Source: a virus (lineage: Duplodnaviria; Caudoviricetes). From it: a stretch of 31,004 nt of DNA. This document shows, one piece after another, positions 26,767 to 31,004 of this stretch. The notes beneath the pieces are model-generated. The model was not told the origin of the DNA. It searched no databases and saw nothing but the letters and a program-made list of their open reading frames with translations. The DNA lies in the IMG/VR virus record IMGVR_UViG_3300025635_000113, positions 1 through 31,004 of that record; one strand, written 5' to 3'. The translations under genes and the position numbers were made by a program. How positions within the stretch are numbered: position 1 is the first letter of the stretch; each line of letters starts with the position of its first letter.

Positions 26767-27477
26767 TTAGTACCAGTTATTTCGTAACTGGAACGAATTG
26801 GCCTGACAAAACCCACCGTAACGGGCATTGACATAACCAGTCATCCACCTTAATTGTGTGACTGGATTGGTTTGCCAATCAGCGCCTGCTGAGGCCATTT
26901 TGGTTCCTGGTAGTGACTGTGGAAGACCATAGGCACCACTGGAACGATTAGTGGCATTCACCCTCCAGCCAGATTCTCTAGTGACAAGTGCATCAACACA
27001 GCCCCACAAATCTTCTGGAATGCCAGCAGCTCGCATCCAATCCGCTTTAGTACCATCAACATTCGCAGCTACTGCAACTGCTACACCAGGTATTACCCTA
27101 GGTTTGCGTGCATCAACACGTTTGTTGAGGTCCTCTATTTGTTTTTCAACATTCTGTCGTAGTTCTTCCTGAGTCTTTTTTAACTCATCTACGTTTTGTT
27201 GTTTGTTTTGCAATTCTTTTCGCAGTTGGCTGGCAGTTCCATTAAGTTGTTTAACATCGCTGTTTGCCTTGGTTGCTAAAAAGAAAAGACCGACGATGGC
27301 CGCTGTAACGACCGTTGCTCCAATTAGGAGCCATTTGTTTGTACTTATAGGTGTACGTTCCTTTTTAATGCTCTTACCAAAATACCGATGTTCTGATGCC
27401 TTGTTGTGCGACGCACCGGCATGACCACGAGTATTCCAGTAATATAATTTTAACCCCTCGTTATTTATCGTACGCAT
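26767..27477 (-). CDS. Membrane-anchored lytic transglycosylase (SLT/lysozyme-like) with a coiled-coil stalk
   Basis: TM segment WLLIGATVVTAAIVGLFFL, coiled coil, catalytic RESGW, SSGAYGLPQSLPG, NPVTQ and RYG motifs. Confidence 0.88.
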   Translation of the reverse strand: MRTINNEGLKLYYWNTRGHAGASHNKASEHRYFGKSIKKERTPISTNKWLLIGATVVTAAIVGLFFLATKANSDVKQLNGTASQLRKELQNKQQNVDELKKTQEELRQNVEKQIEDLNKRVDARKPRVIPGVAVAVAANVDGTKADWMRAAGIPEDLWGCVDALVTRESGWRVNATNRSSGAYGLPQSLPGTKMASAGADWQTNPVTQLRWMTGYVNARYGGFCQANSFQLRNNWY

Positions 27478-27632
27478 AATTGCTTCAAAGACTCCTGTGA
27501 CTCAGAGGCTTGACAGATAATTTGATTCTTTGTGCCATTGGCATAACCAAACCGATACGATGTAACGCTTATCAAATAAGCTATGGCAGCCAATACGACT
27601 ACACATATTCCTATAATGATGTTCTTTTTCAT
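27465..27632 (-). CDS. Small membrane protein (55 aa); not in ORF track
   Basis: MKKNIIIGICVVVLAAIAYLISVTSYRFGY...; AAGGA upstream; overlaps the SLT start. Confidence 0.65.
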   Translation of the reverse strand: MKKNIIIGICVVVLAAIAYLISVTSYRFGYANGTKNQIICQASESQESLKQLCVR

Positions 27633-27662
27633 ACTCTTTGTTCCTTGTTTAATTATGTATAT

Positions 27663-27671
27663 ATTGTAGCA
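27663..27671 (-). promoter_or_regulatory. Extended -10 promoter TGcTACAAT
   Basis: Minus-strand TGCTACAAT about 30 nt upstream of ATG 27632. Confidence 0.55.
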
Positions 27672-27677
27672 TAACCA

Positions 27678-28079
27678 CTATGCGTTTGTCAATATGTCAT
27701 CCCATACCTGTTGCAGACGTTCACGCTCGGCGGTCCAATCTACTTTGGTAACTGTTTCAGCTTGCCGTTTAAGTTCCTCGTAGCGTTCTACGCCAATGGT
27801 CTTAGTAATCCACCGGCTGAATTCCTTGGGCCAGTTTTCAAAGTAATAGTGACACGAGAAACAGAGGCATTGACTGTTGTCCTCAGCCGTACGGGTAGCT
27901 GAGTATCGCCTACCTACGATGTGTGATGTAGTCAAAGGACACCCCCTAATGTGTTTCTTTGGAAATTGTGGGCATTCACAACGTGCGCCACATCTTAGAC
28001 ATTGTCCTTCACTACGAATTATCAGGCTGTATAGTTCATCGCATTTGGCTTTGTCACCCTTGGCTTTTTTTACAGGCAT
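27678..28079 (-). CDS. NinG/Rap-like HNH-fold endonuclease
   Basis: DELYSLIIR..CLRCG..SHIVGRR...TR..EDNSQCLCFSCH motifs. Confidence 0.8.
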   Translation of the reverse strand: MPVKKAKGDKAKCDELYSLIIRSEGQCLRCGARCECPQFPKKHIRGCPLTTSHIVGRRYSATRTAEDNSQCLCFSCHYYFENWPKEFSRWITKTIGVERYEELKRQAETVTKVDWTAERERLQQVWDDILTNA

Positions 28080-28156
28080 TATTGTTTATCTCGTATTAAA
28101 AAACCAATGATTGCGCCTATGCAGAATGTTATTAGGAATATTACCCAAAAATTCAT
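28079..28156 (-). CDS. 25-aa single-TM peptide
   Basis: MNFWVIFLITFCIGAIIGFLIRDKQ; AGGAGG SD; start/stop overlaps on both sides. Confidence 0.55.
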   Translation of the reverse strand: MNFWVIFLITFCIGAIIGFLIRDKQ

Positions 28157-28296
28157 TTTACCCTCCTTAGTAATGTTTTATTTAATTTGTCCCACTTGGC
28201 TATCTCTGGACTGAGATTCACTACAAATGGACTGACTTCTATTTTACGCTTCCGTATTCGTATCTTCTTCAATCGTGGATATCTTAGGCTTTTCAC
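28153..28296 (-). CDS. Small basic hypothetical protein
   Basis: GGAG SD before GTG 28296; ATGA coupling downstream. Confidence 0.45.
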   Translation of the reverse strand: MKSLRYPRLKKIRIRKRKIEVSPFVVNLSPEIAKWDKLNKTLLRRVK

Positions 28297-28420
28297 TGTA
28301 CCACTCCTGTGTTTGCTTATTGTCCTTGATAATTGTCCGACACCACATTTGGGCACGCTTTACCCATTTAACGGTAATGTTGTCTTTTTTGTTATGAAAC
28401 TGGGTGTTCTTACTTGCCAT
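28244..28420 (-). CDS. Hypothetical protein (58 aa)
   Basis: MASKNTQFHNKKDNITVKWVKRAQMWCRT...; start overlaps the upstream gene end. Confidence 0.5.
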   Translation of the reverse strand: MASKNTQFHNKKDNITVKWVKRAQMWCRTIIKDNKQTQEWYSEKPKISTIEEDTNTEA

Positions 28421-28574
28421 CGAGTAAGTCCTTGCAGTGTTGACTAAGCTCGGTAATTGGCTCGTTGTAGCATCGCTTGTAATCAGCTAACTCGTTAAGA
28501 TTCTGAAACATCACCCCAACTAAAGCAACGCCTAAGAATATGAGTCCTATCGCTATTGCGTATAAGTATTTCAT
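28410..28574 (-). CDS. Small membrane protein (54 aa)
   Basis: MKYLYAIAIGLIFLGVALVGVMF...; GGAGG SD; ATGA overlap. Confidence 0.6.
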   Translation of the reverse strand: MKYLYAIAIGLIFLGVALVGVMFQNLNELADYKRCYNEPITELSQHCKDLLDGK

Positions 28575-28867
28575 TTGTCCTCCAACAACGGCAGTCTGAA
28601 GCTGTCGTCCTCTAACATTAGTAATATTGTTCCGTAGCCTACGATGTCCTGAAAGGTATCGTGTAAGCTTTCGTTGTTTGGTTCTTTGCCCTGTTCAATC
28701 AAATTAGCAGCCCTAGCCAACTTATCGTTAAGTCGGACTAGAACTGCCAATCGTGAATCTATTGGAGCGTTAAGAATGTTACCTTGACCGTAATCGTGCT
28801 GTTTACGAATCACAACCTCGGCCACGTTGTTTAACTTCTCATATACTGCTGCGTTAAATGATTCCAT
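28571..28867 (-). CDS. DUF1599 / nucleotide-modification-associated (MazG-like fold) protein
   Basis: RKQHDYG..NI..VRLNDKLAR..NESLHDTFQDIVGY motifs. Confidence 0.8.
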   Translation of the reverse strand: MESFNAAVYEKLNNVAEVVIRKQHDYGQGNILNAPIDSRLAVLVRLNDKLARAANLIEQGKEPNNESLHDTFQDIVGYGTILLMLEDDSFRLPLLEDK

Positions 28868-28882
28868 TCACCCTCCTCTTAA

Positions 28883-29134
28883 TTATTTTCTTTCTAATTT
28901 TTCTAATGCGTCGAGTGGCACTGCGTAACAATCTAACTTACCATTGTTATCTATGGGATATTGTTTGATTGCTTCGCCGCTAATGTAATACTCGCCCGGT
29001 AATGATTTAGTTTTGGAAAAGGTAATGACATTATGTGTTCCTACTTTGTATTTAGCGATTAGTGCCACCCTATCTTTCCATCTTGGTTGCCATATATCCA
29101 TTACTTGTGTTGGTGTTGATTTGTCAATTACCAT
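28883..29134 (-). CDS. Hypothetical protein
   Basis: 83 aa; AGGAGG SD. Confidence 0.7.
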   Translation of the reverse strand: MVIDKSTPTQVMDIWQPRWKDRVALIAKYKVGTHNVITFSKTKSLPGEYYISGEAIKQYPIDNNGKLDCYAVPLDALEKLERK

Positions 29135-29149
29135 AATCCCTCCTACTTA

Positions 29150-29329
29150 TTATTTTTTATCTCTTAAGCTGTGAGCGAATACCAAACTTAGTATTACTGC
29201 TGGTCCAAATGTAATTAAACCAATAATTGTTAACCAAGGGTCTTCAGTTGTTGTTGAACCTAAACCAATAAAACTGAATCCTAGAATTACTGCACAAATG
29301 TAATTTGTTATTAAAACTGCTAATCTCAT
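29150..29329 (-). CDS. Small 2-TM membrane protein (59 aa)
   Basis: MRLAVLITNYICAVILGFSFIGLG...LTIIGLITFGPAVILSLVFAH; AGGAG SD. Confidence 0.6.
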   Translation of the reverse strand: MRLAVLITNYICAVILGFSFIGLGSTTTEDPWLTIIGLITFGPAVILSLVFAHSLRDKK

Positions 29330-29330
29330 T

Positions 29331-29552
29331 TTATTCTCCTTTTAATTCTTCTAATTTTTTAAGTCTATAATTTTCTGCACGCTTTAGTCCACCAAGTCGG
29401 CCAAGTTCTTTAGCTCGCTCGCTGTTACCGGTGACTCCACCGCCTCTGCTGATTTGGCCGCCTTTGCGTCCCATATCGGCTAAGAAATAATCACCATAAC
29501 GTTCTTTAATTGTTTGTGCGGATTTGATACCGCCTAATGTTTTTTTGTTCAT
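29331..29552 (-). CDS. KGG-motif (general stress protein-like) basic protein, copy 1
   Basis: GGIKSAQTIKERYG..MGRKGG..AKELGRLGG. Confidence 0.75.
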   Translation of the reverse strand: MNKKTLGGIKSAQTIKERYGDYFLADMGRKGGQISRGGGVTGNSERAKELGRLGGLKRAENYRLKKLEELKGE

Positions 29553-29923
29553 AAGTTTCCCTCTCTCCTTAGTTGATTTTCTGCCACTTTGACTCGTGAT
29601 TGCAATACGCTTATCAGCTTGTCGGTAGCGTTATACACGTTTAATACTTTTTCGTACACCTCCCTTTCGTTTACTGATTCCCCTCGGCTCATCATCTCTG
29701 CCTGGCTAGCCGTATTGCCAGACTGTTTGACTTCTTGATACACCGTATAGGCTTTTTCAGTAGCTTCTTTGTGTAGTGGTGCTTTGAAGTCGGCTAGGTA
29801 TGCGTTATATACGGATAGTTTGGTCATCGCATCACTTAGCGCTACCGGGTCGTTCCACATATCAAACTTATGGATACGTTCCCTGACATCATAGATACCT
29901 TTGATTGCTACTTCTAAGTCCAT
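29549..29923 (-). CDS. Hypothetical helical protein
   Basis: 124 aa; AGGAGG SD; ATGA overlap downstream. Confidence 0.7.
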   Translation of the reverse strand: MDLEVAIKGIYDVRERIHKFDMWNDPVALSDAMTKLSVYNAYLADFKAPLHKEATEKAYTVYQEVKQSGNTASQAEMMSRGESVNEREVYEKVLNVYNATDKLISVLQSRVKVAENQLRREGNL

Positions 29924-29932
29924 TAAAACCTC

Positions 29933-30355
29933 CTAAAAGGGTATGTCATCCAAGTTAATAGTATCTGGTACAAAGTCATCAAAAGCGTCTTGTGCGGCCT
30001 CTGCTGGCTTTTCAGCTGGTTTCTCAGCAGTCTTGTGGTCACGCACTACATTAAAGAAGTATCTGATGTCCATACCGGTCTTGCCGTTAGACTTTACTTG
30101 AAAGGTTGTGCCGTTAATGTCGGCTACACCGTTACGAATAACTGTTTCAAGTAACACACCAACTTGGTTGGCGGATAAGTCTAGTAGGCCTTTGTCGGTT
30201 TCAACTGAATATACCTTGCGGTAATCTTTTTGCCATACGTCAGACACCAACATCTTTTTCTGTGTGTTGTCCCACATCTTCCACTTGTAACCGTTGACTT
30301 TTTGTATTGTGAACGTGCCATTGACTAGGCTACTTAGTTTTGTAAAATCACTCAT
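29933..30355 (-). CDS. Putative ssDNA-binding protein
   Basis: Beta-rich core plus an acidic tail ending DDIPF (SSB-Ct motif); start at ATG 30355. Confidence 0.6.
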   Translation of the reverse strand: MSDFTKLSSLVNGTFTIQKVNGYKWKMWDNTQKKMLVSDVWQKDYRKVYSVETDKGLLDLSANQVGVLLETVIRNGVADINGTTFQVKSNGKTGMDIRYFFNVVRDHKTAEKPAEKPAEAAQDAFDDFVPDTINLDDIPF

Positions 30356-30461
30356 TGCTTGTCCTTTCGTATTCAAGTTGCTGTTCGGTTAGTATCTCGG
30401 CCATGTCCTGTGGGTAACCTTCGTTAATAAATATATCAAAGATTGTTTCGTAATCGTTCAT
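30348..30461 (-). CDS. 37-aa acidic peptide
   Basis: MNDYETIFDIFINEGYPQDMAEILTEQQLEYERTSNE; GGAGG SD; overlaps both neighbours. Confidence 0.55.
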   Translation of the reverse strand: MNDYETIFDIFINEGYPQDMAEILTEQQLEYERTSNE

Positions 30462-30676
30462 CTGACTATTACCTCCCTTGGTTTAGTTGATTTACCACGG
30501 CGTGATATCTTGCCACCCTTGCGACCAGCTTCTCTGGCTAGTTCCGGGTCTTTGGCGAATCCACCGCCTCGTGACTTGGTACCACCGACTTTACCTATTC
30601 CTTGGTAAAAGGCGTCACCGTATCGTTGTTTGTTTGTTGCTGCGGCCTTTAGGCCACCTTCTCTTGTTCCTGGCAT
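30458..30676 (-). CDS. KGG-motif (general stress protein-like) basic protein, copy 2
   Basis: GGLKAAATNKQRYG..FY..IGKVGG..GGFAKDPELAREAGRKGG. Confidence 0.82.
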   Translation of the reverse strand: MPGTREGGLKAAATNKQRYGDAFYQGIGKVGGTKSRGGGFAKDPELAREAGRKGGKISRRGKSTKPREVIVR

Positions 30677-30701
30677 AATTTCCTCTTTCTTTATTACCTT
30701 A

Positions 30702-30827
30702 TTAATTATCTAACCCTGATAAAAATATCATCAATACAAAGTCTAGTATAAGTACGAGTATCAATGTCCAAAATCCAAATGCGATTGCTCCAAAGAACGC
30801 ACTTACTAGGTATATAAATGTAATCAT
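30702..30827 (-). CDS. Small hydrophobic membrane protein (41 aa)
   Basis: MITFIYLVSAFFGAIAFGFWTLILVLILDFVLMIFLSGLDN; ATGA overlap with the upstream ORF. Confidence 0.55.
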   Translation of the reverse strand: MITFIYLVSAFFGAIAFGFWTLILVLILDFVLMIFLSGLDN

Positions 30828-31003
30828 TTGCCATCCTTTCTTAAGTTTTTATATGCTTCTGGGTATTCCTGCTTTAACTTCTGCATAGCTGTTTCTGGGT
30901 CAAGTGATATCCAATCAGGATAATCTGAGTATTGTGGATACTTTTCTTGCCAGTCCTCACGGGCTTCCCATTTAGGTAATGTCTTAAGTTTGAGTTGGGC
31001 ATT
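30824..31003 (-). CDS. C-terminal fragment of a gene running off the window
   Basis: Open frame ...LPKWEAREDWQEKYPQYSDYPDW...RKDGK*. Confidence 0.6.
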   Translation of the reverse strand, partial: NAQLKLKTLPKWEAREDWQEKYPQYSDYPDWISLDPETAMQKLKQEYPEAYKNLRKDGK

Positions 31004-31004
31004 G

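Noticed and set aside
29998-30030. AEKPAEKPAE short repeat
   Set aside because: An ordinary low-complexity linker before the SSB-like acidic tail.
30824-31003. Cas4/PD-(D/E)XK exonuclease C-terminus
   Set aside because: Only a vague W..Y..Y resemblance, with no cysteines; the fragment is too short to assign.
1-31004. Stop-codon reassignment (TGA or TAG recoding)
   Set aside because: Genes are full length in code 11. TGA ends many genes in ATGA overlaps, and TAG ends the portal, endolysin and SLT genes.
1-31004. CRISPR array, diversity-generating retroelement, integrase or transposase
   Set aside because: I saw no repeat-spacer array, reverse transcriptase, TR/VR pair or recombinase motif by eye. 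Short distant repeats could have been missed.

Overview
This 31 kb window is part of a tailed dsDNA phage genome with a podovirus-like architecture (no tape measure gene; adaptor, nozzle and ejection-type proteins instead). It reads in standard genetic code 11. The + strand (1 to ~24.5 kb) is the late region: terminase C-terminus, portal, scaffold, major capsid, then an island of four GT-A-type glycosyltransferases, a UDP-glucose/GDP-mannose dehydrogenase and a SAM methyltransferase interleaved with Ser/Thr-rich virion proteins, then tail, ejection and fibre genes and a lysis cassette (CHAP endolysin, holin-like proteins). The - strand (24.6-31 kb) holds converging early/middle genes: metallophosphoesterase, membrane-anchored lytic transglycosylase, NinG-like nuclease, DUF1599-like, SSB-like, two KGG-motif proteins and several small membrane proteins. 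The main signals not explained by the ORF track are: (1) a 111-nt tRNA-like element with an expanded anticodon arm inside a GC-richer phosphoesterase/HNH-like module; (2) a free-standing 31-aa peptide resembling the redox-active C-terminal CxxC tail of ribonucleotide reductase alpha; (3) a recurring TATAAT-N6-ATG leaderless promoter architecture; (4) a degenerate lipoate-ligase-like domain inserted in a virion protein; (5) an internal start in the endolysin. Several cues suggest a Patescibacteria/Saccharibacteria host, but this is inference. All family assignments come from motif recognition by eye, with no database searches.
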